The notes under the pieces: model-generated
Seen by the model: the letters and a program-made list of their open reading frames with translations, nothing else
Told to the model about the DNA's origin: nothing
The model's database searches: none
Assembly (NCBI GenBank): GCA_965218425.1
Contig: OZ244621.1
Coordinates: forward strand, 1,152,001-1,216,000
DNA from: an uncultured Candidatus Binatia bacterium
GTDB lineage: Bacteria > Desulfobacterota > Binatia > UBA9968 > CAXXLF01
Direction of reading: 5' to 3'
Length of the DNA stretch: 64,000 nucleotides
Shown here: positions 1 through 10,503 of the stretch, in pieces
Layout: every line of letters starts with the position of its first letter
How positions within the stretch are numbered: position 1 is the stretch's first letter
Program-made: the position numbers and the translations under genes

Positions 1-351
1 TGTCGGACCCAGGACGGGATTGAGAATCCTCTCCTGGTGGATGACTTGCAGGGGACCATGCACCGCCTTTACGGTTTGATGCCAAACATGGTCTTTCTAA
101 TCGACAGGGATGGGAAGATTGCCTACAAGTCCATGTGGACTGACCATGTGGAGATCGAAAACGTGTTGGCGAATATTGCGCAAGCCGACGAGCTTCGGGC
201 CAAGGGACTCCGACTCAAACCCTCCTATACGGAGAAAATCAACTATATTCCGGCCGAGTACTCGGGTAGCCTACGCGACAAGGTATTTGGGCGCTCGGGG
301 CAAAAATCCTGGGACGATTACCGAAACGCATTTACTCCGAGTTGGAAATAA
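1..351 (+). CDS. Thioredoxin-fold redoxin / deiodinase-like protein, 5' partial
   Basis: Frame is open from base 1; LLVDDLQGTMHRLYGLMPNMVFLIDRDGKIAYK resembles the C-terminal half of AhpC/TSA and deiodinase-like proteins. Confidence 0.6.
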   Translation, partial: CRTQDGIENPLLVDDLQGTMHRLYGLMPNMVFLIDRDGKIAYKSMWTDHVEIENVLANIAQADELRAKGLRLKPSYTEKINYIPAEYSGSLRDKVFGRSGQKSWDDYRNAFTPSWK

Positions 352-393
352 CACCCTTGCGGCAAGTCGCAAGGCGGCCCACAAAAAGGGGCA

Positions 394-448
394 TTCAACG
401 ATGGGGTGACATAGAGATTTTGATTCTCTGTGCCACCCCATCGTTGAA
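394..448. terminator. Long hairpin between convergent genes
   Basis: TTCAACGATGGGGTGACA...TGCCACCCCATCGTTGAA near-perfect inverted repeat. Confidence 0.6.
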
Positions 449-479
449 CAGAGGGAATTCCTACCGAGCAAAGGAAATT

Positions 480-1310
480 TTACGATTTCTTCGCCGCTGC
501 CAGGACTGCAGGCATGGGTAACTCAATACCGCCACCCTTTCGATAAGCCGCGGCAGCTTCACGAACAGATTTACGAATGGTCTCCAACGCCTCAGGGAGC
601 TGAGCCCGGAGCGTCCCGGCTGTTCTTACCGTAGCCATTTGCATGACACCGAACAGTGAGTCAGGTGAAGGCAATCTCCAAGTCTGTGGGATTTGCACGA
701 CTTGCGGCATGACGAAACCTGCCTTGAGCAAAGCTTGAACGCATTCTTCCACGTCACTGAAACGAAAGAACGGAGGCCCCGGAGGGAGTGGGACATCCCT
801 TTGACCATGGGCTTGAACCGCGTCAAGAACGATTTTAAAGCCTACCGCTTCCTCCGGCTTGCACCAAACGGTAAAGGCATATCGTCCTGCCTTACTGAGG
901 ACCCGGTGAGCCTCGGAGAACGCCTTTTCTGGATTTCCCAAGTGGAGCAGCCCAAAATTCATCACTACGGCATCGAAACAGCCATCAGGAAAAGAAAGGG
1001 ATTCTGCATCGCCTTCCTGAAACTTGACGTTGGGATATTGTCGGTTGGCCTCCGCTACCATCACCGCCGAGAAATCAATTCCGATGACCTTGGCGCCACG
1101 CTGGGAAGCCGCGGCTGCCACGTAGCCTGGACCCGTCGCCACGTCCAGCAGACGCTTTCCCTCACCTGCCTCCACGGCATCCAAAAGAGGCTCGATTGCC
1201 TGAGAAGTAAGGCTTGCAAAGGCCTCATGGTATTGTTTGGAGACTTTCTCCCACCCTGCATGCTCGAATGATCGGAATGCATTGGGATCTTTTGTCCCTG
1301 AGAATTCCAT
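480..1310 (-). CDS. Class I SAM-dependent methyltransferase (UbiE/Methyltransf_11-like)
   Basis: LLDVATGPG motif I; GDAESLSFPDGCFDAV. Confidence 0.9.
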   Translation of the reverse strand: MEFSGTKDPNAFRSFEHAGWEKVSKQYHEAFASLTSQAIEPLLDAVEAGEGKRLLDVATGPGYVAAAASQRGAKVIGIDFSAVMVAEANRQYPNVKFQEGDAESLSFPDGCFDAVVMNFGLLHLGNPEKAFSEAHRVLSKAGRYAFTVWCKPEEAVGFKIVLDAVQAHGQRDVPLPPGPPFFRFSDVEECVQALLKAGFVMPQVVQIPQTWRLPSPDSLFGVMQMATVRTAGTLRAQLPEALETIRKSVREAAAAYRKGGGIELPMPAVLAAAKKS

Positions 1311-1430
1311 AGCCAGTCTATCTTAACCTAAAATACTTGGCAATGATAATCGAAAGGCTTTGTTGAACCTTGGAAACTGGTATTGGGGAAAAGACGACCC
1401 GCCCAAAGGTGCAAAGCGCAAGTCAGCACG

Positions 1431-1453
1431 AGTAACGAGGACTGAGCACTGAG
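1431..1453. repeat. Degenerate heptamer tandem repeat
   Basis: AGTAACG-AGGACTG-AGCACTG-AGT; reverse-complement relatives at 5757-5790 and 10437-10480. Confidence 0.5.
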
Positions 1454-1670
1454 TGTGGATTAGGAGAAGGGGTAGGGGAAGATAATGTCCAATCCCTTAG
1501 CCTTGACACATTGTGGAATCATTGGATACAAATTGAAGCGACCACGGCGAGCGTTTTCCGAGGCCAAGACCAAGGGTTGGCGCATCCGGGTCTTGATGGG
1601 ATCAATCGGGTGTCCTAAAAGACATGAAAACGAATCGAAGACGTCGATTCCATAGTGAGAGGAGCCAAAT

Positions 1671-2741
1671 ATGCTAGTCATAGACGCCGACGGGCATGTA
1701 GAAGAATCCGCTGCAATGTTCGATTCCCTTGAAGGAGAGTATCGCAAAAGGAGGCCCCTGCCCCTCGGATTTGATCGCGACACGGTTTACGGAGATGCCA
1801 ATGCGGTATGGCTCATCGATGGTAAGACCTACCCAAAACTGTCGGGTAAGGGCGGGGTCACTTTTCTGACGCCAACAGTAATGGAATTGGCAAAGCGTAA
1901 GCCCATTGCGGTTGCGGCCCAGGAACTCAACGATGTCGAGGCTCGTCTGCGAGACCTGGACAAGATGCAGATCGAAAAGCAGGTGGTCTATCCGAGCCTT
2001 TTTCTGACCGCCACAACTGACGACTTGAAGCTCGAGGCGGCACTGTTCCGGGCCTACAACAGCTTCATGGCAAATGCCTGCAAACAATCCGGGAACAGAA
2101 TAAGATTTGCCGCACAGGTACCCATCAGAGACATCGACGAATCCATTAAAGAGCTTCGTAGAGCCAGGGACCTGGGGGCCGTATCGGTGATGCTTTTGGG
2201 GATGGCTTGGGACAAGAAGCTGGGCGAAAAGGAATTACATCCCTTCTATGAGGAAGCGGCCGGCCTGGGTATACCCATCTGCGTCCACCTCGGTTGGGGT
2301 TGCCCGGCCATTACGGAGGTCTTTGATGCGTCGTCAAATTTCTACAGTGCCATTTTACCCGTCCTCATGGGGTTTCATAGCCTCATGCTCTCGGGGGTAC
2401 TGGAGGCATTTCCTCGTCTCAGGCTCGCGTTTCTTGAGTCAGGTTCCCTTTGGGCTCCATACGTTATTCACGAACTGAATCGATCGGGGAAAGTAAAAAA
2501 AGACCCATCGAAATATTTTCGTGAAGGAAGGGTCTTCATCTCCTGCGAGGCGGACGAGAATATCAACTACCTCACCTCACTCCTGGGTGAGGATTCTTTA
2601 GTCCTTGCCTCAGACTACCCTCACGCTGACTCCTTTCGTGAGGAAAACATGGTTAAAGCAATCATGGAAAGAGAAGATGTGCCGCTCAGGGTTAGAGAAA
2701 AGCTTTTGTCCACCAATGCACAATCTTTGTACGGATTGTAG
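1671..2741 (+). CDS. Amidohydrolase_2 family protein
   Basis: IDADGHVEE, VHLG, FLESG, ASDYPHAD. Confidence 0.9.
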   Translation: MLVIDADGHVEESAAMFDSLEGEYRKRRPLPLGFDRDTVYGDANAVWLIDGKTYPKLSGKGGVTFLTPTVMELAKRKPIAVAAQELNDVEARLRDLDKMQIEKQVVYPSLFLTATTDDLKLEAALFRAYNSFMANACKQSGNRIRFAAQVPIRDIDESIKELRRARDLGAVSVMLLGMAWDKKLGEKELHPFYEEAAGLGIPICVHLGWGCPAITEVFDASSNFYSAILPVLMGFHSLMLSGVLEAFPRLRLAFLESGSLWAPYVIHELNRSGKVKKDPSKYFREGRVFISCEADENINYLTSLLGEDSLVLASDYPHADSFREENMVKAIMEREDVPLRVREKLLSTNAQSLYGL

Positions 2742-2825
2742 GCTCGATCATTTTTCTCTGTCGCCGCGTTCTCAGGCGGATCTCTGGCGTGTGGCCCATT
2801 CCAGACACTAGGCTTGGAGGTTATT

Positions 2826-4001
2826 ATGCAGAAAACCGACGTTTACCTCTCCGGCGATTCTCATCTCGAGATAGACTCCAAATGGTGGGTTCATCGGGTG
2901 GCGGCGAAGTATCGTGACCGGGCGCCGCGGGTGGTCCGTCTCCCCAACGGTGGCGACGGGTGGGTAATCGAGGGGAAGCCGCCTCGCCAGGTGGCGGCGG
3001 ATCTATACGGTGGTAAAGGTCGTGAGGCTTGGCAACCCTTCGGACAGACCTATGAGGAAACTCCTGGTACGGGCACTCCCCAACAGCGACTAAAGGAACA
3101 GGACAGAGACGGTATCTCCGCGGAGGTTCTCTTCCCCTGCCAGCAGGCAGGTCCCAAGTTGTGGCGCCAAATTCAAGATGACGACGCTTTCAAGGCAGTG
3201 GTCAGGGGGTATAACGATTGGCTTGCGGAGGAGTACTGCCGAGTGGCCCCTGACCGCCTCATCGGCATGGGGATCTTGCCGTGGACAAATGTCGAAGATG
3301 CCATCCATGAGATGGAGCATTGCGCGAGGATGGGGCTTAAGGGTGTGCTCATGACCGGCTACTCAAACAAGTATCCTTACCCCACGCCTGACTACGACAA
3401 ATTCTGGGCTGCGGCACTTGATATGAATATGCCGGTGACCATTCACGTTGATCTGGATAGGCCGGGTGACCGTGCGGAACCGATGATGGATTACCCCCAG
3501 GAGTCACCAGAGGTAAGAGCGCTGCTGGGCCGTAACGGACTGGTGGAACAGGTATCCAGGTTTGGGCCCGCGCGTGGATCCGGCGCCATCCCTGCTGTTC
3601 AACTTACCCTAAGCGGTGTGTTCGACCGCTTCCCAAAGTTACGAGTGTTCCTGGCTGAGAACCAGATCGGATGGATACCGTTTTTTCTCCAGATGGCGGA
3701 CGTACGGTACGACCGGCATTGCCATTGGTCTAAACGTCTCCTCGGCTTCCAGCCTCTAAGCCGTCCCCCCAGCGAAATTATCCGGGAGCACTGCTGGTGG
3801 GGTTTTCAATACGACCGGGTTGGGGTGGAGATGCGACACCATATGGGCGTTGAGCACCTTATCTGGGGCTCCGACTTTCCCCACCAGGAGTCGGACTGGC
3901 CCGACTCAAAGGACATCCTGGAGCGGAATTTTGCCGGCATCCCGGAAGAGGAAGCACACAAGATGTCGGCGGGAAACGTTATCGACTTTTTCCATTTGTA
4001 G
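2826..4001 (+). CDS. Amidohydrolase_2 family protein
   Basis: SGDSHLE, GVFDRFPKLR, WGSDFPH; GGAGG RBS before ATG 2826. Confidence 0.9.
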   Translation: MQKTDVYLSGDSHLEIDSKWWVHRVAAKYRDRAPRVVRLPNGGDGWVIEGKPPRQVAADLYGGKGREAWQPFGQTYEETPGTGTPQQRLKEQDRDGISAEVLFPCQQAGPKLWRQIQDDDAFKAVVRGYNDWLAEEYCRVAPDRLIGMGILPWTNVEDAIHEMEHCARMGLKGVLMTGYSNKYPYPTPDYDKFWAAALDMNMPVTIHVDLDRPGDRAEPMMDYPQESPEVRALLGRNGLVEQVSRFGPARGSGAIPAVQLTLSGVFDRFPKLRVFLAENQIGWIPFFLQMADVRYDRHCHWSKRLLGFQPLSRPPSEIIREHCWWGFQYDRVGVEMRHHMGVEHLIWGSDFPHQESDWPDSKDILERNFAGIPEEEAHKMSAGNVIDFFHL

Positions 4002-4120
4002 CTCACTTACCTGCAAGAACTCACTTTTTCAGCGAGGGTTTGCACCACAATCGTAACACGCTCGCTCTTGCCAACCCGTTCCATTGCCGCCACACCATTC
4101 GGTAGAGAACTCTGCGTCCC

Positions 4121-4900
4121 TTAAGTTTTTCTCAAACTCTTGAACAGCAGCACATTGAAGATGATAAAAAGCGTTTCATGGCTGATTTGACCAAGCAACT
4201 CAACGGCCTTTGCCCACTCCGGTTTTGGTTGCACGAATCCAATCATCGAATCGCCCAACAGCACACCCACGAGCAATATGATCAACAATAGAGGTATCGA
4301 AATAATCAGGAAAAACAACACGCCGAATCCAAATACATAAATAAAAATATTCTTACCTTGCGTAAGAGCCCTGCTGGTGGAAAGTGCGGACGTCCCGCTC
4401 GTACCTTCGATAATCACCGCATAGGGAGCCAGTATGTAAATCACACTCCAAATAATTCCCGGTATGATAAAAAGGAAAAGGCCACCCAGGACAATGAGGG
4501 AATAGAGTATCCATGTCCACACATAGGGTACCAACAACCTGAGGGACATTAGATAACTTTCCACCACATCGATGGCCTCCCCATCAGAAGCCCTGTGGGC
4601 GGCCACGGTTATGGCAATGGTTGTGAGAGTCAAAGCGAAACCACGGATGACCAGAGTTGCAGCTTCCGGTAGCAAGCCCGCACCCAGTTCAAGCCCCTGA
4701 TCCAGCACTGCGTAGATGGCGAAGAGAAGCAAAAACGTCTGCCACGCCACCCCATAGGTTCTCCAGCTATTTAGGAAGAACTCCTGGACTCCCATGTTGG
4801 CGAAGGAACGATAAATAGGCTTTGTACGAGTTAAATCGTAACCGCAGATACAGCGGGAGGCATCTTCAGTATTCACCGTTCCACAGGCTGGACACTTCAT
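4121..4900 (-). CDS. Membrane protein with N-terminal zinc ribbon
   Basis: CPACG...CICG followed by several hydrophobic helices (LFIIPGIIWSVIY). Confidence 0.75.
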   Translation of the reverse strand: MKCPACGTVNTEDASRCICGYDLTRTKPIYRSFANMGVQEFFLNSWRTYGVAWQTFLLLFAIYAVLDQGLELGAGLLPEAATLVIRGFALTLTTIAITVAAHRASDGEAIDVVESYLMSLRLLVPYVWTWILYSLIVLGGLFLFIIPGIIWSVIYILAPYAVIIEGTSGTSALSTSRALTQGKNIFIYVFGFGVLFFLIISIPLLLIILLVGVLLGDSMIGFVQPKPEWAKAVELLGQISHETLFIIFNVLLFKSLRKT

Positions 4901-4936
4901 GGCATTGATGGATCCGAATATTGTTGTTGATGAAGG

Positions 4937-5230
4937 CTAGAGCCTTTCCGACCAAAGAAATACGCAACCCTCAGGTCCGGCGATGGCTGAATGCTCCACG
5001 TTGCCTGGTATGACGAACCGGTCACCCTTGCGACACTCATAGGAAATTTCACCCACGTTCACTGTCATCTCACCCTGAAGAAAAACCAGGAGTTTTGTCT
5101 CGGGATGACGATGAGGAGCGTAAACGCAACCGGGGGAGGCGGTAATGCAAAGTGGGTGAAACCCTTCCCCTCGAACCTCCTCAGAAATCAGACCCCGATC
5201 AATTCTTTTGTAGTAGTTGGGTTGATACAT
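4937..5230 (-). CDS. Cupin domain protein
   Basis: PHRHPE...GEM...GDRFVIPGNVEH cupin motifs. Confidence 0.85.
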   Translation of the reverse strand: MYQPNYYKRIDRGLISEEVRGEGFHPLCITASPGCVYAPHRHPETKLLVFLQGEMTVNVGEISYECRKGDRFVIPGNVEHSAIAGPEGCVFLWSERL

Positions 5231-5609
5231 GGCAACTGATTCTAGTTTATCGACTTATTCGATTCAACGTTGAGTCAACAACCCGTGAGTTTGTGGGAGC
5301 TGCCTTTTGACCAATTCGATATATTAACTTCATTATCATCACTGACAAAAACTCCTGTTACGGCACAACCCCAAGGTACGATGAAATTAACTTGTACGCT
5401 GAAAACCGTCAGCGAAAAGAAGATGAAGGACCGTTCAATGCATCAACAAACGACAGATCCCTTTGCACAACGGTTAATCCGGTTGGAGCGGTTGAAGTAA
5501 AAAGCGACTGATGCTCAAAAGGCAAAAAAACCTGCGGAATCTCTCGGGTCCTATTTTACGATACGGGAACGTCTTTTGGAGCATACCCTGACGGCATAGC
5601 GCCCAGAGA

Positions 5610-5790
5610 AGCGAGCGGCAAGCAGTTGGCAGCAAGCAGCGGAGACAGTGTCGGGTGTTCAGCAGTCAATTTAGGGTGTAGAGAGTCGGGTATAGAGTCT
5701 GAATTTCTCCCCCTCCTACCCCTACACGCTCAACCCTTCACTCTCTCTTATTTCCCACTCAGTCCTCAGTACTCGTAACTCAGTACTGAG
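5610..5790. repeat. Intergenic degenerate 7-8-mer repeat / palindromic tract
   Basis: AGCAGTTGGCAG.., GGGTGTAG/CCCCTAC units, ACTCAGTCCTCAGTACTCGTAACTCAGTACTGAG. Confidence 0.5.
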
Positions 5791-5804
5791 AGCGCGAAGT
5801 TTTC

Positions 5805-6605
5805 TCAGAAGTGACCCAGTTCCTGAGCGTGTTTGTATATCCCATCATGAAATAGTCCAACATAGTCGGCATTGGTGAGGCAGGAGTACTCAGGGCTCCA
5901 GCCGGGACGGGTCCACACCAGGCCATCCTGTAGCATCGTCTGAAACACGATTTGGGCCACCTGACCATGAGCCATCAAGTCATCCCCATGATCATGGAGG
6001 TCTGCCTCTTCGTGGACCTGAAAATAGTGGAGTTCTGCATCTTTGTACTTGTATTGGTTCAGCAGGGCCGCACGCCACTGTTTCGACCAGTGACCGAACA
6101 TTTCCTCGTTGAGGGAGCGGGCCCACCACTCGATCATAGTGCCTTCGTACACAAGTCCCCTGGCATATTCCGTAAGGGCGCGGCACTCGGGATAGACCTG
6201 ACAGTTGACCATCTCCTCTCGGGTCAAACCAAAGGTCACACCCTGTTCGAGCAATACCTGAATATGTCCTGGGATTTTGGGATTCACCAGCTCATCACTG
6301 ATTTTACCAACGTAGGGACCCAACAGCTCCGGATGACGGGTAAAAAACCCCATGTGCCGCTGGTAGATGATCAGATGAAAATTGTTAATTTCCACTGGAT
6401 AACTATAATAATGCCGCCAAAATAGCTGGAGTGTTTTCTTGGGAAGCTTCCCGGCTCTTAAATCCCGCATGAACGGACCGTCAAAAACCTTCTCCTTCCA
6501 TCGCGTACGCATCTTTTCACAGATCTCAGCGGTGTAGGCCTGAGCCTGCTCGCGGCTATATTGCTGAGCCTGGCCTACCATTGATGATTCTGCCTGCAGT
6601 CCCAT
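5805..6605 (-). CDS. Heme-oxygenase-like diiron protein (CADD/PqqC/TenA fold)
   Basis: DELVNPKIPGH, NEE, YFQVHEEADLHDH ligand pattern; PFMRDLRAGKL N-terminus. Confidence 0.75.
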   Translation of the reverse strand: MGLQAESSMVGQAQQYSREQAQAYTAEICEKMRTRWKEKVFDGPFMRDLRAGKLPKKTLQLFWRHYYSYPVEINNFHLIIYQRHMGFFTRHPELLGPYVGKISDELVNPKIPGHIQVLLEQGVTFGLTREEMVNCQVYPECRALTEYARGLVYEGTMIEWWARSLNEEMFGHWSKQWRAALLNQYKYKDAELHYFQVHEEADLHDHGDDLMAHGQVAQIVFQTMLQDGLVWTRPGWSPEYSCLTNADYVGLFHDGIYKHAQELGHF

Positions 6606-6656
6606 GTTTTTCCTCCCTCGACGATTAACAAACGCTTGTCATTAAACTAGAGCAGG

Positions 6657-7577
6657 CTACGGTAGAGCCAAAGAGACTCCAGTTTCCTGCAGCCCGTTTT
6701 TCAGCTCCGATCTTTCCTGTTCCGTGAACGGGAGACACTCCCACCGGGGAAAGCGTTTTACGGGAAGACCCCTGAGGCGCATGACCTCACAAAAAGTCCT
6801 GCGTCCATGGGCGCCCAGGTATCGCCCCATGACCTGCAAAACCGCCGCGATCTGGTCGTGGACCTTCCTTGCATCGTCATTGCGGCCCTCTTTTAGGGCA
6901 CGCCACATTTTCACGCACAGGTCGGGAAACGGCGTCGTCGGCGGATGAATGGCCCCCCGGGCCCCAAGTTCATAACCAGAGAAAAGCGATAAGATAGAAC
7001 CTGGAAATACACCGATAGAAGGAGGGAGCTTGAAAAGATACCCCAAAAGGGCATCGAAGGTCAAAAACGACACCTTGATGCCGGCTAGGGACGACTCGGG
7101 AGAGATGGCTTCCTGAATCTTCAGGGCCTTTTCCGGTGTGACATGAACCCGGGTCGTTTCAGTGTTGTCATAAATAAATAGTGGAACTCCGGGCACGGCT
7201 TGCGCAACCTTTTTATAATGAGCGATCACCTCATAGTCGTTGTGAGGATAATAGTAGGGTGTAATGAGTGCCAGGGCATCCACACCAAGTCCAGCACCGT
7301 GGCGGGCCAACTCGATGGAGGAGTAGGTGTTGGCCGTACCCACTTGAAGAACGATGGGCACCCTGCCGTTCACCCGCTTTACCAGCCGCTCGCCGAGTCG
7401 TTTGCGTTCGTCAAGCTCCATAACCATCCCCTGGCCATGGGTTCCCAGGGCGAAAAAACCCTGAACACCGCAAGCCAGGTTAAAATCGATCAGAGCATCC
7501 GTACCTGCCTCATCGATACTGCCGTCGTCGTTAAAGGCGGTAGCCATCGGGATAAGAATCCCTTCAATATCTCCCAT
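6657..7577 (-). CDS. DapA/NanA (dihydrodipicolinate synthase family) aldolase
   Basis: GTHGQG, TPYYY, IYDN, Schiff-base Lys in GIKVS. Confidence 0.88.
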   Translation of the reverse strand: MGDIEGILIPMATAFNDDGSIDEAGTDALIDFNLACGVQGFFALGTHGQGMVMELDERKRLGERLVKRVNGRVPIVLQVGTANTYSSIELARHGAGLGVDALALITPYYYPHNDYEVIAHYKKVAQAVPGVPLFIYDNTETTRVHVTPEKALKIQEAISPESSLAGIKVSFLTFDALLGYLFKLPPSIGVFPGSILSLFSGYELGARGAIHPPTTPFPDLCVKMWRALKEGRNDDARKVHDQIAAVLQVMGRYLGAHGRRTFCEVMRLRGLPVKRFPRWECLPFTEQERSELKNGLQETGVSLALP

Positions 7578-7867
7578 GAAAAACCCCTCTCTGCCGGTAA
7601 AGTACTTTTATGTAGCTCTTATATTCATACAACGGCACTGTCAACCCCGATCCGACCAAACTCGAGACCGACATACGAAGGGCCCGACCCAAGCATCCGT
7701 ATGGAATCCATTTAACCGCTTACACAAACGCAAGTACTTCGGATCGGGGTCAAGTGAAGTTAAACATCGCACCTTGACAGCATAACTCCCGGTTAGTTAT
7801 GGTCCGATGCGAGCACAGAGACATCTCTAAGGACCGAAGAACTCTTTAATCCCTTTTGAGAGGCAAT

Positions 7868-9469
7868 ATGGCTTACTATCGTGATCTCAGAAACTGGCTG
7901 GAAACCCTTGAATCCCATGGATACCTTAACCGTATTTCCACATCCATCAACAAGGACTCTGAAATGCACCCTCTGGTGCGACTGCAGTTCCGTGGGCTGC
8001 CGGCAGATCAATGGAAGGGGTGGTTATTCGAAAAAGTCACCGATGCCTCGGCCAGAACCTATGACATCCCCGTGGCCCTGGCGGTGATGGCTCCCAACCG
8101 GTCCGTCTACGCGCTTGGCATGGGAGTCAATACGGCGCAGGAAATAGCCGGCAAGTGGACACAAGCCTTGGCCCACCCCATTCCTCCCCGGATGGTTTCC
8201 TCGGCCTCCTGTCAGGAGGTGGTCTACGAAGGGAAAACACTGGATGAGGCTGGCGGTGTCGGTATACTTCCTGTGCCCATCTCCACCCCAGGTTACGATT
8301 CCGCACCGTTCCTCAGCTCCGGCCACTGGGTAACCAATGATCCCGAAACGGGGGATAGTAACTTTGGCACCTACCGCGGCCAGATAAAGAGCCCCACGCG
8401 AATCGGGTTGTTTTCGTTTCCCTACCAAGACATCAGCCGGCACTGGACCAAAGCTCAAGCCATGGGTAAACCCCTGGAGGCAGCCATAGTCATTGGCTGC
8501 ACACCCAACCTCTCCTATTGCTCCACTTCCCGTCTCACCGTGCCTGAGTACACCGTGGCAGGAGCCATCGCGGGGGCGCCGGTGGAGCTGGTGCGCTGCA
8601 AGACCGTTGATGTACTGGTGCCTGCCAATAGCGAAATAGTGATCGAGGGCATTATCCCTACGGATCAACTGGAGCCTGAGGGGTGCTTCGGTGAGTTTAC
8701 GGGCTACATGGCGCACCGCGAAGCGGACAAGTTCATGAACGTCACTTGCATTACCCATAGACGAGCACCCATCTTTCAGGCCTTCCTGAGCCAGTTCCCC
8801 CCCAGTGAATCCAGCGTGCTCCGGGGCATAGGGCTGGAGAGCGTCATCACGAAGCTGCTCACGGTTGAGCACAGCATCAAAGGGATCCTGGAAGTGGCAC
8901 TGCCGGATGCTGCGGGCAGCCACGGGGTCTGTGTCATCAGGATGAACACCAAAGAAAAGACCCTCAAACCAATGGAAGCGTTACGCGTGGTGGCCGAAAT
9001 GCCCAGGGCTGCGCCAAAGATCGTTATAGCAGTGGACGAAGACGTTGACCCGCGCGACGCCGAAGCAGTCAATTGGGCCATGTCCTACCGGATGCAGCCC
9101 TATCGGGATATCGAGATCCGCGAGACCGCTTTGTCCCTGGGACTGGACTTTTCCATAGCCCCTCCTGATTCCCGAAGAGATGTGGCTTCCATGAAGAGCT
9201 CCGCCATCCTGATCGACGCCACATGCAAGTGGGCCTATCCTCCTACCTCCCTTCCCCAGAGACCGTTTATGGAGAAGGCACAGTCCATCTGGGAGGAGAT
9301 GGGACTCCCTGAGCTCAAGCTTAAAAGCCCATGGTTCGGCGTTAACCTGGGGAGCTGGAGCCAGGAGGACATAGAGGATGCCCAACGGGCCCTCAAAGGA
9401 GAACATTACGCAACCGGGAAAATTAGAGAAGGACAACGGATAAATTTAAAAAAGCCGGAAAAGAAGTAG
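7868..9469 (+). CDS. UbiD family (prFMN-dependent) decarboxylase
   Basis: YYRDLR, NFGTYR, EIVIEG, PEGCFGEFTGY, AVDEDVD. Confidence 0.92.
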   Translation: MAYYRDLRNWLETLESHGYLNRISTSINKDSEMHPLVRLQFRGLPADQWKGWLFEKVTDASARTYDIPVALAVMAPNRSVYALGMGVNTAQEIAGKWTQALAHPIPPRMVSSASCQEVVYEGKTLDEAGGVGILPVPISTPGYDSAPFLSSGHWVTNDPETGDSNFGTYRGQIKSPTRIGLFSFPYQDISRHWTKAQAMGKPLEAAIVIGCTPNLSYCSTSRLTVPEYTVAGAIAGAPVELVRCKTVDVLVPANSEIVIEGIIPTDQLEPEGCFGEFTGYMAHREADKFMNVTCITHRRAPIFQAFLSQFPPSESSVLRGIGLESVITKLLTVEHSIKGILEVALPDAAGSHGVCVIRMNTKEKTLKPMEALRVVAEMPRAAPKIVIAVDEDVDPRDAEAVNWAMSYRMQPYRDIEIRETALSLGLDFSIAPPDSRRDVASMKSSAILIDATCKWAYPPTSLPQRPFMEKAQSIWEEMGLPELKLKSPWFGVNLGSWSQEDIEDAQRALKGEHYATGKIREGQRINLKKPEKK

Positions 9470-9502
9470 TCCCGGTTTTCCTATTTCGAACTTTAGATTC
9501 CT

Positions 9503-10189
9503 TCAGTCCACCCGCGGAAGCGGATCTTTTAAACCGGCCCCGGCAAACCCTTTTTTCCTGAGCAGACAGGAGTCGCAGGAACCGCAGGGGGTGCCCTCAG
9601 GGGAAGCCTCGTAACAAGACCAGGTTAAACCGAAATCAACTCCAAGGGCATTCCCCTGCCTAATAATTTCTGCCTTGGTCATCTGTATCAAGGGCGTGTG
9701 AACCCTGAATTTGCCGTTCCCTTCCACCCCGGCTTTCGTTGCCAGGTTCGCCATCCGCTCAAATGCGTCCACATACTCGCGCCGGCAGTCGGGATAGCCT
9801 GAATAGTCGTAGACGTTGGCACCGAAAAAAAGGTCATTGGCGCCTAGCACTTCCGCCCAACCCAGGGCATGGGAGAGAAAAATGGTGTTCCGTGCCGGAA
9901 CGTACGTCACCGGGATCCCCGAACCGATCTCCTCGGAGGTTCGTCCTTTGGGCACGGGAATATCGGCCGTTAGGGCCGATCCTCCAATGAGACCGAGATC
10001 AAGGTTTAGAATAAGGTGCTCCACGGCCCCTTGGGAGACGGCTATCTTTTTTGCCGATTCCAGTTCTCGAAAGTGGCGCTGTCCGTAGTCGAAGGAAAGA
10101 GCATGGCAGGTATAGCCATCTCTTTTTGCAATGGCGAGGGTCGTGGCGGAATCCAGCCCCCCTGACAGCAAATCGACTGCCTTCGTCAT
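9503..10189 (-). CDS. queC: 7-cyano-7-deazaguanine synthase
   Basis: [33 protein letters not shown]...CGSCDSC. Confidence 0.95.
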   Translation of the reverse strand: MTKAVDLLSGGLDSATTLAIAKRDGYTCHALSFDYGQRHFRELESAKKIAVSQGAVEHLILNLDLGLIGGSALTADIPVPKGRTSEEIGSGIPVTYVPARNTIFLSHALGWAEVLGANDLFFGANVYDYSGYPDCRREYVDAFERMANLATKAGVEGNGKFRVHTPLIQMTKAEIIRQGNALGVDFGLTWSCYEASPEGTPCGSCDSCLLRKKGFAGAGLKDPLPRVD

Positions 10190-10354
10190 CAAACTCGCCT
10201 TCGTGCGCCCCGGAGCGGAATGTGTAATTGTGAAAAACAACCGCAACCCTGTGGGAAAATCCAGGAACGAATCTAACCCAAGATCCGCCCAGGCCGGTCA
10301 CCCTCTAATAGATCAACCGCAGATTCTCACCGGCTAGGGAACAGCAAAGCGCTC

Positions 10355-10482
10355 AGAGAAGTGAGCAGTTGGCAGCCCGCAGCAAAGCCGTGGTCGGATG
10401 TCAGCCTGCTTCCTGTCCTACTGCCTGCTCCCATTGCTCAGTCCAGTACTCGTTTCTCGTCACTCACTGGTCGCTGTTCACT
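10355..10482. repeat. Intergenic degenerate heptamer inverted-repeat tract
   Basis: AGTGAGCAGTTGGCAG...CTGCCTGCT...CTCAGTCCAGTACTCG...CTGTTCACT. Confidence 0.45.
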
Positions 10483-10503
10483 CTACCTTAGCGCTGCAAG
10501 ATT

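Noticed and set aside
9503..10189. queC as part of a Dpd or QatABCD defence system
   Set aside because: Canonical-length QueC among metabolic genes, over 30 kb from the defence genes, with no dpdA or qat partners
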